A DNA stretch of 59,628 bases, filler included, from Sluysia triapertura (taxonomy: Eukaryota), in the NCBI GenBank assembly GCA_046118255.1. It is 5 parts of 5 records of this genome, joined end to end, with 100 filler letters (N's around TTAATTAATTAA, not from the genome) between each part and the next. Parts side by side here need not be neighbours in the genome. Positions count along the whole stretch, not along the records: positions 25,851 to 37,100 come from JBJNIA010186780.1; positions 37,201 to 48,192 come from JBJNIA010190452.1; 3 more parts are not named here. One strand, given 5' to 3'. Shown piece after piece: positions 26,390 through 39,827 of the stretch (its first letter is position 1; every line of letters starts with the position of its first letter). The translations under genes were made by a program, and so were the position numbers. The notes under the pieces are model-generated. The model was not told the origin of the DNA and did not search any database. It saw nothing but the letters and a program-made list of their open reading frames with translations.

Positions 26390-28060
26390 ATGGATCCAAG
26401 AAATCTAAAGTTATCGTCGAATGTGAATAACATCATTAGTCTAATAATAACAAAGGTTAATACAAATATTTTGCCTTCAAAATTCATATCATCAATGAAC
26501 GAATACATTGAAAATAAAGATCAACTTATAATGCATTCAAAAAGTAAACTAAAAGATGCAACGCAATTGGCAAATGAATTGGATGTTTTCTTTAAAGATG
26601 AAACAGAAGGAATTCCATGACTGAACAAAGTTTAGAAATTCATGATTTATCTTCAGATTATTTAGTAGTACTATTGACTGTGTCGACACAGATACAAGAG
26701 GATTCAAATAATTATAATATAAAAAGGTTATCATGATTTTGAATTTTAGCGTAAGAGAATGTAAATCCTCGATTATCAAGATAAATTCACTCAAAGAAAC
26801 TGGAAATGTAACAAATCAAGCGAATCTGGAATGCATAATGAACAACAAGTTATCAATTATTATTTGGCATATACAGGAAACATCTGTAAGTAAACAATTA
26901 CCTTATTATCAATCAACGCCAAAATGCTCTCATTTCAAATTATTATTTCGTGCAGTCAGTAATGATTACCTTTCCTTACAAGATATAATGAAAAATGCAA
27001 TATTAGTAAATGGGGAAAATATTAAAACAGAATAACGATATTCCATATGGACAGTTGTATCCAACATTATCTCAAAGATGCCTACATTTGAATTCAATGC
27101 AACTATTAAGTTCTACCGTTTACTCAATAATCAACAGGATCATTTATTAGTCTATACCCGAGATAAAGTTTTCAAATATTCCATCAATAAACTTGCTTTT
27201 TCTGTTTCCATCAATGAAGATCTTAAGAGACTTGAGGATGATGTTAAACCTACATTAGTGCATGTTAGTGAAAACAGTAGTGAGATATTTATTTTAGATC
27301 TGTTTAATAATTATTTTAGTTATCAGTTCAGTTGTTTATATAGTTATTTTTCAGGCAAGACAGATACAGTTTGGATTCCTGTACACCGGACAGCCAAATG
27401 GAGAATCAATAACGAAGTTATAAATATAAATAAATTTGTATTATATGTAATAGATTTCATGTCTCTTATTTAGTTAAAGATTACTATATTATATTTTTTT
27501 TGATAAATAAATATAAATTGAAGTTTAAAAATGAATTTATAAATGATACATATTCGAAAAGTATTAATTTGACAAAACGAATGCACGTTAACTATTGTAA
27601 TAATAATAATATCCATCATCAAGGTTTAAATATAATGCTAACCTTATTTTTAAATAATACCTCACATCAAACGTATGGTGAGGTAATCTTAAAAACACTA
27701 AGTCTAAGGTCAGAAAGACATGAAATCAGTTCTTCATGTATATATTTCCTTTTCAAATTACTAACATATACTGAAATTAAGATAACGCCCTCAACCGTAA
27801 TACATGGCCTAAATTCAGACTTACATAATAACCTTTCGTCTTCAAAAATTAAACAACTTATATTCCACAAACTGAACTTAGATTAAATAAAAAGACGTTA
27901 TCAACATTCATACAACCAAAACAACGGAATTTGTTAAAACAGCAGTTCTTAATAAAATTGTGCTACCTTTAATGGATCAAATAAATAAAGGAGTGCCTAT
28001 TAGTGTAGAAAGATCGAAAGACATAATAGATTTTTTGTGATTACAAAGATTTTAATAAAT
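26390..28060 (+). pseudogene. Interrupted orphan coding region downstream of a TTA tract and a TGACAG/CCAAT block (element copy B)
   Basis: Chain of same-strand ORFs 26390-26620, 26733-27035, 27078-27473, 27500-27886 with protein-like composition, broken by stops, frameshifts or short introns. No recognised domain. Confidence 0.45.
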
Positions 28061-28482
28061 CGTTAACTATAATTGTTGTTTTGTATTTTGTCTTTGCCTA
28101 TGCTTATTAATACTTTTATGTTTGTGTATAATTAGTATATAACGTCTTATCATCTTAATTAAAATCAAACAAATTATAATCAGACCGTAATAAGGCTGAT
28201 TTAACCTCTAAAATAATTGAACATTTGACAGACCGAAAAAAGACTGTCTTAACTTACGAACTAAATTAAAATTTAATTTCTGTATTGCTACCAGTAATTT
28301 GACGCTATTTGAATATAAGCATAAAAAATCCTGTTAAGTATTTCGTGATATTTCCTAGTTAAGCTTGTCACAAGTCATCAACTAGCGACAAAGACCGTCT
28401 CTAATTAGCCGAACTTGCCTCCAGACTATAATCTTTTGCTAAGTAGGTTCTTTTATAGGAGAGAACACTTGCAAAAGGCAGA

Positions 28483-28922
28483 ATGTTCCGGGAAATTATT
28501 TACGAACCTATCACTAATTATCAAGCTCATGTTACGAGTTATTCTGCGGATACACAAGATACTCATGCTACCAAAGTCAATCGAATACTTTGTCCTTATA
28601 AATCGAATCTCAAAGGTCAATGTCTAAAATTTGGAGCTACGTGCAGTCTTGCACACAATATTAACCAACTTGAAGAACCAATACTCTGCGGCGACTTAGC
28701 AACATCACATAAAAACAAATGGGAACAGTTACTACTCTCCGTGAAGAACAAATCAATAAATGCGGAAATTGTCCCGAAGACTAAATACTTGTGTCAAAAC
28801 TACGATGCGGATTCAAACAAAGTAAAAATTTATAAATGCAACAACAAATTTTTATTATTTGACTTTTATTTCAGATGTTGGAACTTCTGAAAATCCCAGA
28901 TGGCATATTTGGAAAAATTAGT
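28483..28922 (+). CDS. CCCH zinc-finger protein, gene or pseudogene (C-x9-C-x6-C-x3-H), with candidate intron 28822-28874
   Basis: LCPYKSNLKGQCLKFGATCSLAHNINQL at ~28588-28674, followed by a degenerate second finger starting YLCQNYD. A TTTTATAG acceptor precedes the ATG. Confidence 0.6.
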
Positions 28923-29953
28923 GTCAATTTATATATTAAATTTGATTATAAATAAATTTAGGAAATTTAATTGTCTTTCTCGTGATTTATTTAATTTAAA
29001 ATTAATTTGTATTATTAGTGTCAAGCGAAAACTTTATATTTTAAAAGTACAAAAAACTTTCATAAAATTATTATACTTAGCAAGTCAAAGATCATAAATT
29101 TATCATTAATTGTCAAAGTTAATTTGTTTTGTGAGTACTGTTTGTATATTATTGATTAAAACTTTTTACTAAAAGTTCCATTTTCACTCTTTCAATAAAA
29201 AGAAATCGAATAAGACAAAAGTGCATTTTCAAAAATGTTATAGATAATAGAATAAAATACCAGATGTAATTTAGTTCTTTCTTGTTAATTCGCCTGAATT
29301 ATTTTAACAATTTTAATTATTGTTTGAATATTATTTTTTTTAAAATTTGAGATGTTTTCTGTGTTCGTCCTACTGTACGACAATGGTTCGAATATTATTC
29401 TGTTAGCTATCCTTGATTACCTCTCTCAAATGAATTAGTTTTGGTGGTCTTTATATAGTTGTATTTGTATCAATAATAATTATTTATTGTTTATATATTA
29501 AATTATAATTCATAATTGATATAATATGTGTACATAATGTTAACATTCGATTTTAATTATTATTTACAATTTGAAACTTTAATTAATATCGGTAATTTAC
29601 AATTAATCGAACAACTTGATAAATAGACACACGAAGTTAATATACTAAAATAAAGATAATTTCGAATAAATTACAAGCTATTATTTACAATATTTATATA
29701 TACCGAATATGTACGTAACATGTACAAAATCCGATCTTAACTATTTAAATGAAACTATCTTAGTATTTTGGACATGAATCTTAAATTGTAGAATTCTTTA
29801 ATAAGATATTATAAGTTCTTAAATGTGTAATTTAATTTCTTCAAATTTACTCGAAAAGTCATTACTCAGCTTTTCAATGTCAATTTTTGATATTGTTTCT
29901 ACATTCGACCTTTTTATACCAAACACAATTTGTAATCTTAAATTCTGCTTTAA

Positions 29954-30190
29954 TCATTTAACGCATGATTTTTTTCGACAAGGCCGTCAAAAAATGATTA
30001 CTTTTTTAGCCTAGATTTATAATAAGTCACAAATATAAAAAGAAAAGAGTTATGAGGGTAAGAAAATGAGAAATTTAATATTAATTGAATAAAAACTTCA
30101 TTCGCTGTTTTAGTGATATAATATAACATAGAATTACATATGTTCATTATGACTCATGTCCGATTTAACTCGGACATATGCATTAAGTGG
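29954..30190. mobile_element. Degenerate TTAA-flanked MITE
   Basis: TTAA-TCATTTAACGCAT ... ATGCATTAAGTGG-TTAA imperfect TIRs. Confidence 0.45.
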
Positions 30191-30329
30191 TTAAAAGTAA
30201 AAAAATAATGGTCAGATATATCTAATAGTTCATTCATTTTTATATCAGCAACAATATTACTGTCAATACTTATTAATAAATCTAATATATTTCCACATGT
30301 AATTTTTTACACGGTTCATTAAAGTGAAT

Positions 30330-30950
30330 ACATTTAGTAATTCGACAAAGATATATCTTTTCCAAAAGTCCAAACTATCGTAAAATTCATCTAAAAATTC
30401 TTTAATTGAATAACATGGTGGTCTATAATATTGGTGATCTAATTCTAAATGCTCAAATGATTGATATTTAACCGAAACAATATCAAGTAGTTTAGCATCT
30501 ATTCGTTTATTTATTATAACACCAATACTATCACCATTGATCCTTTTAAAAGAAATAATGAGTTAAATATTCTATCATTTTTGATTCTAGTTTCTTTTAA
30601 ACAAAAGAAATGACTATACAATTTTCATACATAACCTCAATAATTTCATAAACACATCTAAAATTTTGAATACCTTATTTTGTAATGTAATTTAAGAATC
30701 AAATCTTTGTGCTAAAACTCGTGTTAGACTTTTTACTATCGTAACTACACTGTTATCAGTTAAAATACCAAACGAGAAGTTCCATGAATCTTTGTGTATC
30801 ATAAATTCTTTCCAATGAGCTATTTTCCAAAACCATTTGTATATAATACTCAAGTAACTCCAATAAGACGTATTTTTGTTAATCTCAGTTCATCATACTA
30901 CTATTAACTTATTTTAAAAGTAAAATTATTATGTTTTAGATTTGGATAAC
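30330..30950 (-). mobile_element. Non-LTR retrotransposon (LINE) APE-type endonuclease remnant
   Basis: Minus-strand motifs IRLIGVT*, NGDSIG and FEHLELDHQYYRPPCYSIKEFLDEF (YRPP motif) in the expected order. Confidence 0.5.
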
Positions 30951-31039
30951 AAATTTCTATTTGATAAAATAAGAATTCTCTTAATTAAAAAGTTTAACAA
31001 AATAAAACAAAGCTTACATTAATTTTCAGTCCAAAATAT

Positions 31040-31513
31040 GACATTAGGACTTATTTTTGGAGGGTGTCCTATTTTCATCTATCGAAAAACAAAGTTACAA
31101 AATAGGTAAATAGATAATTAATAATTGTAATCAATTTATAACGAAGAGAAAAATGGTCACACAATTTTTATTCGTTATCATAGATAAGGATAAAGATGAT
31201 GAATGTAATTAATGCTACGAGTTCAGTTAGTAATGACTCGGCATACAATTGTATACCAAACAGTAATAATAAAATGGAAACTTCAATAAAATTCCATCAA
31301 AATTTTTAGGAATCAATAAAGCCCCTTCGTTAATAACATCTCCATTTAAATCAAGTAGAAAAGTTGCTTCTAATGATATCAAAAGTAATACATTAACAAA
31401 ATCAACTAAAATGCAACATCGGTTTTATGTATCAGGTCATGGTGGTTGCTGACGAAAGATTAGCCAACTCAAGAAATGAATTTGAATTCGAAAAATCAGA
31501 TACATAAAATTGC

Positions 31514-31575
<62 letters not shown>

Positions 31576-32480
31576 TTTAAAATTAACTTACGACAACGTA
31601 TAAAGTTGCCATTTTTAACTATATAAAAGAACTACAAAAATTAATATTCGTCACAATATTTTACAATTAAAATTTTTGTAAACGAGAAATTTCTTAACGC
31701 CATGATTCATTTTAGAAAATATAATAATGATTGCGATAAATATTTACTTTAAAAATACTTGTGTAAAAAGTAAATATTTGATCAATAATCTCCATCACAT
31801 GAGTCATCGACTACTTGAATCGACTAGACGATTCAAGTTATACATCGAGTTCGTAAGGATACACATATTCCTAATGAAAAACTGTGGATAATATTTGGTT
31901 TCATGAATCGTTCGGTAATCGATGTTTTAGAACCAATTCTGTCATAGGCAACAAAGATTGTCACAAAGTATATTGGATGAATGATGCTTATGTCAAGGAG
32001 TCAATTATTCAAACTGGTGTGAAATTATTTTTACCAAGCGGATCATCACAATCGATGAATATATAAAAAGCCACAAGGATCAGCTGATTACATCGAGCTT
32101 ATATTATATTTTTTTAGATCTAATAAAATCAATCAACTGTTAGCCGATCCAATATTTTTCAAACAATATGAAGCAGACTTTTCAAGCAATATACTGTACG
32201 ATTATAATTCCTTGCAAATTCATTTTCCATACTTTATTGATTATATTTTTTAGTGATAATATAAATGTGTTGATGTTTTATTTAATGATTTTCAATATAA
32301 ATTAGTCGTGAAACAAATATATAATAAAATTGTTAATCGTATTGATAATAGAAGTTATAATTTACCAATATTTAAACATAAAATTATCATTAATAATAAA
32401 CTTCTAAACCGTTCATTGACTTTTATGGATAGGCCTTAAATTAAAATCAAATTAAAATTATTTTTTTCTGGGAAACACTG
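31040..32480 (+). mobile_element. pogo/Tigger-like DNA transposon remnant
   Basis: Subterminal-like TAGGACTTATTTTTGG/GTCCTATTTTC, decayed DDE segment VKESIIQTGVKLFLPSGSSQS..KDQL, and a right end TTTTCTGGGAAACACTG-TA. Confidence 0.4.
31515..31574 (+). repeat. (AAT)n microsatellite
   Basis: Direct observation. Confidence 0.95.
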
Positions 32481-32893
32481 TATATATTGAAAAATATTTT
32501 CAAAATCAATAAATCTTGTTTATGTTTTGAAATATAACTTATCATCTCATATTGGATAGAAATAGAAATTAATTATAATCAACTTCCATCTACTATCTAA
32601 CCTATTTGATTAGGCATGTCAAACAAATGCTAACATGACTATTTTGATGTCACAATGCAAAATTCCAAAGAGTTTAAATGAGAGGTCACTTAGTATCCCC
32701 TCTGAATATCAATTAAACAAGACATTCTAAGATAATCTATATTAACTGTGACTAATTTAAAGAATAAATTTTGTATTCTTACCTTTTATTTTGATAGAAA
32801 ATTAAACTATTTTTTGAACTTAATTGTTGCAAAAATTAAATATTCGAAAAAAGGAGAATGAATGAAAATGAAATAAGTTTTATTGGAAAATAC

Positions 32894-32985
32894 ATATTTT
32901 AATGGAATATTAATGGAAATATTTTAATGGAGTATTAATGGAAATATTTTAATGGAATATTAATGGAAATATTTTAATGGAATAT
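32894..32985 (+). repeat. Minisatellite, 25-bp unit ATATTTTAATGGAATATTAATGGAA, ~3.7 copies
   Basis: Direct observation; the unit is a dimer of TTAATGGA-containing subunits. Confidence 0.9.
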
Positions 32986-34807
32986 TCAGATTTTAGTATA
33001 AATATAACACGGTAAAACCCAACAAGACACAACAAAGAATTTACGAATTTAAAACGTGGTAAATTTGGAAACAAACGTGATTAAATAAATTCTTTGAGTA
33101 GAGTATCAGGATCATACTCGTCATAGAAATCCGTTGGATATCACGACACCAATCAAAACACTTAGTTCGTCAGTTTATTTACGTAAGATTTTGCCCTTTT
33201 TAAATAAAAAGGAATAAAATTTGTATAAATTAAATTTGCAAATAAATAATTAATGATAAAAACATTTATAAATTGTGAAAAACCAGCGTATTACTGATAA
33301 ATTAATAAATATTTTTCTTAGATTTAATTTAATTTAATAATTTGTTTATAATAACCATATGTCAAGCAGTACGTGAACAAAAACTCAAAAGCACGTAGAA
33401 CAAAAGTTTACGAATTCTTGAGACAATTCTTTATCTGCAAGACCATTCCAGTTGTTAGCAGAACAAATTATTCTTCTAAGGATTACGCTGTACGAGATCA
33501 ATTTAGTTGCGAGACTATAGTAGTAATCAGCGGAATTATCCATTTTTGACATCAATCGTATTTTAATCTTGATCCGTAATAGTAAGCATCCGAGTAATGA
33601 GGATCTGATCAAGAATAACTTAATTAAGAAAAATTCGTAAGATTTTAATACATAAGTTTTCCTTTACTTATAAAATCTAACTCAATTTTTATATTTTTTT
33701 CAGCTGGCTTAAGCCAGTTATAAAATCCAAATCATTTTGTTCTGCAATTGCTTTTCTTTCTTTTGTTTAAAACAATCATAATGAGGAAAATTACTTCAAT
33801 TACTTCCTTCTAAACTTTCTTCTGTCTTGCATTTCAAAAAGAAAATTTAATTAGAACAAAAGGTACCACCACACGTAATTTTCTTATAAATTATGAACTC
33901 TTTCAAATAGGCCTCTATTTATTGTTTATCAAGTTCAGTGTAACTTGATTAAAAATAGGTTTAAGTTTAGTAAGTCTGATACATAACTTCCATTATTTAT
34001 CAATAAATTTACGTTTATATTAAAATTTTCTTAATTACAATAACTTTTTAATTTATTTGGTAATTTCGTTTATTTACACTAATTAATTATAGATTTAAAT
34101 TTACATTTATTTGTAATTTAATTAATAATTAATTGGTAATTTCGTTCATTTCATTTAATAGTTTAATTTATTTACATTATTATTTTTAAATACATATTGA
34201 ATTTAATAAAGGTTTGACTTACTAGTATTTCGTGCCTTCTAAAAGCTAGTTTTCAAGTAGAAAAATAGTAAGGTAGCTAGTAACCTTAGCAATATTTAAT
34301 TAAAATAAAGAAAGCTTATTATTAAGACTTAGTGCTTAAACAATTAAACGCTTTCGTCAGAATATGAAACGTATACTACAGACAAATTCTTACATAAAAT
34401 TTAATTTTGCTGAGCTGATTTAAATAAAAAACCATCACTAGTATGCGCCAGTTATAACTTTACATTCAAAATTTATATTAATTATTAAAGAAAAATCCTT
34501 AATGAAATAATTGATGATTTGTGCATTATAAATTTGTAACTGTTAAATTCTACTTTGATATAAAGAACATTTATAATTACCTAGATTTCATTAAATATTG
34601 CAATTACTAAAGAAAAGATAAATAAATAATTCTAAACAATGCATTTACGAGAAGAAAACTTTATAGATCGAATTGTGTAAATGTTGTTGTGATTAGTTCT
34701 TAATTGATTTAATATTCCAAAAAAACAGACTTAATTGTAATTTAACAAAGTAATAATAAAGTAAGACAACCATCGATTTAATCACGCAATAAATGTTAGA
34801 CGTATTG

Positions 34808-34846
34808 GGACGAATTATTATAGGACGAATTATTATAGGACGAATT
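34808..34846 (+). repeat. Tandem repeat, 15-bp unit GGACGAATTATTATA, ~2.6 copies
   Basis: Direct observation. Confidence 0.9.
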
Positions 34847-35559
34847 TATGCAAGTTCAAACATATTATAACTATTATCGCATATTGTTATGAAATATAAG
34901 TCAGTTTAAATTTTATTTAATTGCAATACAATGGTTTGTAATAATAGTTACTTTTTTTACTCTTCACATATAAATAACATTTGCTTCCTCGTTATGTGGA
35001 AGTCCATTAGTCACATTTTATACAGTATTAATAATATAAATATTTAGCTCTGAATTTTAATTTTGAGGGTGCTGAGAAAAATCTATCACGTTTGGTTTAT
35101 CATTACTGTTACTTCAATTAGATTTTATGGTATTTATCTCAGGATTTCGTACTCCTTTGTATCATTTATGTAATTAGTTTTACATTAGGTGCAACTTTAA
35201 CGTTTAAACTCATTCTTTTCGTTTGAAGCCGGCTTAAGGCCTGACGAAACTAATAGAGCATATTTTAAATGACCAATTAACCCATTATAACACAACAATA
35301 ACTAAAGAACTAAATATCATTATTAGAAAACCTAGCTAATGATGGACAAGTACTATTTTGATAGAAATTATAAATAAATAGAAATAAATTGATAAATGAA
35401 TACAAATCAGCAAACACGTATTATTAAATATAAAATTCATATTAATGTTACTTTTAATTAATATTAAATATATAATTATTTATATGTTTGCCCATATAAA
35501 GATATATAACAAATTCAGTTTAAAAAATAAGAGAATTTCTGTAGTCATAGTGTTATCAA

Positions 35560-36347
35560 GAGTACCCTCGAATGCTTGACTAATATTGCCAAAACAAAAA
35601 ACCATCCACAAATAAAAATTTTATTTAAAAATAAATTATCACAGTTGCTAAAAATAGCAATATAGCACAGAGGCTTTTAATTTCTGCAAGACTTTTGAGT
35701 TTTCCGAAGAAGAAGAGGTGGATTTAACGAAATAGTTTAAAGAATTTATTTCTTTCTTTAAACATAATGCTACATTTTTACGTTGTGGAGAAACGTTTTG
35801 AAGTTTAGATTTATTAACATTAAATTGTCCATATGTCAGACATGAAGAAATGAGCAAATTATTTGAAATATTGTCGAATTTATCTTCAGGTAACCATGAT
35901 AATACGATTAAGGAGGAATAATTATAATAAAATAATAAAATGAAATAATAAAAACAGTAATAAAATAAAATAGAAAGAACAGAGTAAAACAATAAGGTTG
36001 TAAAATAGCAAATAAAGAGAATAAGATAAAAGACAAAAATTTTAACAATGACACAATAATAGCAATTTTAGTAATAATATTAAATTTGTGCGTAATTGTT
36101 GAAATATGTATTGTTAACATTATTATGACTGTTATTGTGAAAATACGTTGAATTTCCGTTATTATATCGCGTGAAGATTATTTTATGTTATTTTATTTTA
36201 TGTTATATGTTATTTTGTGTGTTATTTGTTAATTTGATGTCTTGTGTTAGATTGTGTTGAAGTTTGTTTAAGATTTTGTCTATGAAAAATGTGTTTGATT
36301 GTGCTGATGTTTGTCAATGATTGTGTTGTAGTTTTGAGCTCACTACA
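35560..36347 (-). mobile_element. TGTAGTG-terminated element with C/A-rich leader, TTA-rich tract and orphan ORF fragment
   Basis: The reverse complement starts TGTAGTGAGCTC at 36347. The ORF segment LSWLPEDKFDNISNNLLISSCLTYGQF... is protein-like but not recognised. Confidence 0.4.
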
Positions 36348-37100
36348 ACAATCATCTTATATCACATTTACAACTTGTGCAAGAGGTTTATTAAATATTT
36401 AATTATTTAAATTTAGATTATCTCTATTCGCTTTAAACTATAGCTTAAATAATGAAAAATTGAACCTATTGTTATGCCAAAAAAATGGTTGGGTATCAAA
36501 CTACTTGATACACACGGAATAAAGTAGATAAAGAACCGGATAAATGCATAAAGATTTGATAGAAATAAAAAACATAAAATATAAAACATTATTGAAGAAT
36601 AAAAATGGAATCACTTTAATATTTTAAGTATAAAAGACCTTCTTTTTCATAACATTTTGAGATTCTTGAAAAACCTTAAAAATATCTTAAATCGTTAGAA
36701 GTTGTAGGTGCTTTTGAACTTGTAAAGACTTGAAACCTTCGAGATATTACGAAAATTAGCAAGTGTTTAGGATCATTATAGAATATCTAAAATATTTAAA
36801 ATAAAATTACAATACAAATATGATACGTTAATAATTAGAATAGATAAGTAGGAAAAGTAACAACATTTACCAATATCATATAAGAATTCGTAAAAAAATG
36901 AATGTATGTGTGGTGTCACACTACAACATATATCACATATTTCATTCACTATCATCAGCGACTACATAAAACTCATCACAAACAAATGTTACATCAAAAT
37001 AAAACACACTTACAACATCCGCCGTATCACATCTTATCTCTCATAAACCACAAACGCATAATAAAATCTTTTTATTAAAATTATTTTAGTAATACTTTGT

Positions 37101-37200
37101 NNNNNNNNNNNNNNNNNNNNNNNNNNNNNNNNNNNNNNNNNNNNTTAATTAATTAANNNNNNNNNNNNNNNNNNNNNNNNNNNNNNNNNNNNNNNNNNNN
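37101..37200. other. Assembly gap with artificial linker
   Basis: N44-TTAATTAATTAA-N44. Confidence 0.98.
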
Positions 37201-39754
37201 GTTGTAAACAACAACGGAGAGTATATTATTGATTAAATCATTGTAGTTTTTTTGTTTAAAATAAATTTGAAAAAAAATGCTCATGAATTATTCCTCAACC
37301 CAATATTTAATTTGTGTATTTCTATAAATGTACAAAATATCTTTCTCCAATTCACATTTGATTGGGTTTGCTAAATAACAAGACCTAGATTTCGGATATT
37401 TTGTTTTGAATTATTATTATTTAAAAATAATACTTAATATTTTTTAAGTAATTTATTAAATGCAAATATTAAAAATTTTAAAGTAATGTGTTTCAAATTC
37501 ATTCATGAATGAATCTTGAAAAATCACTAATTTTAGATCTAGAATTTTCTGAAACAACATATGAACATGTGACATACTTAAAATTAATACAATAACAAGT
37601 AAAATAATGGATTTTTCTTATCACTTATGACGTCACATTTTATCAACGAATTCAAATTTACACACATCTCTTTTCATTATACGCACACAGATTTTCTTAC
37701 CTAATACATCACCAATACAGAAACATACAGTTGTGTTGTGTATCTTGCCTCAAAAACAGAATATAATAGTTAAAAGTTAGGTATAGAGCTTTAAATTCTT
37801 TATATCTAAATATATGTCAACAGTTTCTATCATGTTATACTAATAATTCACAGAATATTTTTCTTATGTAAATATAATTTTGTTTTTCTTCGATAATTTG
37901 TATTATAATGTGAATATTAAATATGAGAATTAACATAATAAATCAATAATGTTAATAAAAAGATAAATTACAATTAAATAAATAAATTTAATTTTACAAA
38001 TCATCTCAATAATTTTAAAATAAAATAAAATAAATTTAAAATATCTTAGAAGTATTAAAAGAATATATCAGAAAAATCATTAAAATGTCTTGAAACAAAA
38101 TAAATAAAAAATAAAAATAGAACACAAGTCAAGAAAGTTACGGATTAGACGGTAATATTTGGTTAACGGCCAAATCCACTATATTGTTAAAATAAAAAAA
38201 CAAACGCATATGAATGTATAAGTGAATTAATACATACATGAATTATTTAAGCGCATAAAGATTGGTCGTGTAATTTAACTAAAGGAGGTTTGAGTGTTTT
38301 TCTTAAATTCACTATTCTAAAAGATGTGTTTACTAGTATCTTAATGATGTTAGGCGAAGTTTGTGAATGATAGTACTGAGGGATAGTATCCTTAGAGATA
38401 ACTTTCTTCTAAAAATGTTAATGCACTCTATCTCTTCCTAAATTTAATTGTAAGAATTGAAAGAATACTGTAGAAATATAATAGTAATTGTAGAAATATA
38501 AATGTGTAAATAAATAATATAAATGTAGTATATTATTTTGAATAACTTTTATTTTTTAAACAAAATTGGAAAAAATACTTTAATAATTTTATTTTTGTAT
38601 AAAAGTAAATATATTAATTGGAATTTTATATCATATTTGTATTTTACACAATTTAAACACTGGTTTATTGAATAAAAAATTTCTTTTTATATTTCTAAAA
38701 TTAAAGAAAATTAATTAATTTACCAATTCATGGATTCGGACAAAAAATACAAAAACTTTTTATTGCAAAATTTTATCATTCACACAATAAAATCTATCAT
38801 AAAATACTCAAAGATTTTATGATAACAATAAAAATGGATTTTATTATTAAACAAGAGAAACATTTGTCATACAACACTCACAAAAAATGAGATAGAAAAC
38901 TTTTGCTTGGTTACTTCGGCAATTTCATCATTTTTCACCACAATTAATCATTCAAGTTTTTGGAAGCAGTTACATTTTTACAACAGTTCAATATTTTTGG
39001 ATTATTCATCACATTTATTTGCGAAGAGTCCTTTTCCATGAATCCGTAAGTTGGTTATTGTTAAGTTTAATGCTATAATATTTAGCATCAATATAGACTT
39101 AAATTTATACTTTTTACATTCAAGTATTGGCCTGGAGTAATATTATTTTTAAAATCAGTTATAATTTAACTCAGAAGTAATACTGAATTTCGACATTATA
39201 TTATATATTATATACATATATTTGTTATAATCTTTTACACGTTAATTTTTACCATTTCATAATAAATTTTAGTGAGTGTATTTGTTCATTTTTGAATTAA
39301 CATAAATTTGTTTAAAAGAGCAGTTCACACGAACATTTATTATTTAATTTAGAGCTAATAAAGTATAAAAAAGGTAGAGACCCCTTGGACATTGAGTCAA
39401 TACGATATAATCAAGTTTAGGACACTTCATCATGTGATTGCGTCTTGCGCGAGATATAAACCGCAAATCACAGGCGAATCCTTAAGGTATTTCATAATTC
39501 TTCTCTTTAAAAAAACAGAACTATACTAATTATTTTTGGAACAGTGTTACACGTAATTTCTTGTAATGCAGCTGAATAAACTCGTTTCCTATTTGATTTA
39601 TATATTAATCGCGATTATTTTCAATTAATAATTAATTGACGGTTAAGTTTAATACAACTCAACAAATGATTTCAACTCCAACATTACTAGACAAAAATAC
39701 TAAAATAAACTCCAAAAAATTGGAATATTCGTAAAGGTGTTGGACTTCATAAAA

Positions 39755-39827
39755 TGGACTAATCGGGAATCGAACTCGGGACCTCTCGCTGCGCAGTTTT
39801 ATGTTCTACCCAGTGAGCTATCAGTCT
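39755..39827 (-). pseudogene. Second, more decayed copy of the tRNA-like element at 6107-6178
   Basis: Reverse complement AGACTGATAGCTCACTGGGTAGAACATAAAACTGCGCAGCGAGAGGTCCCGAGTTCGATTCCCGATTAGTCCA; the upstream flank to ~39902 is also homologous. Confidence 0.8.

Noticed and set aside
32894-32985. Possible CRISPR-like array (also 34808-34846)
   Set aside because: Head-to-tail tandem repeats without unique spacers, no cas genes, eukaryotic context.
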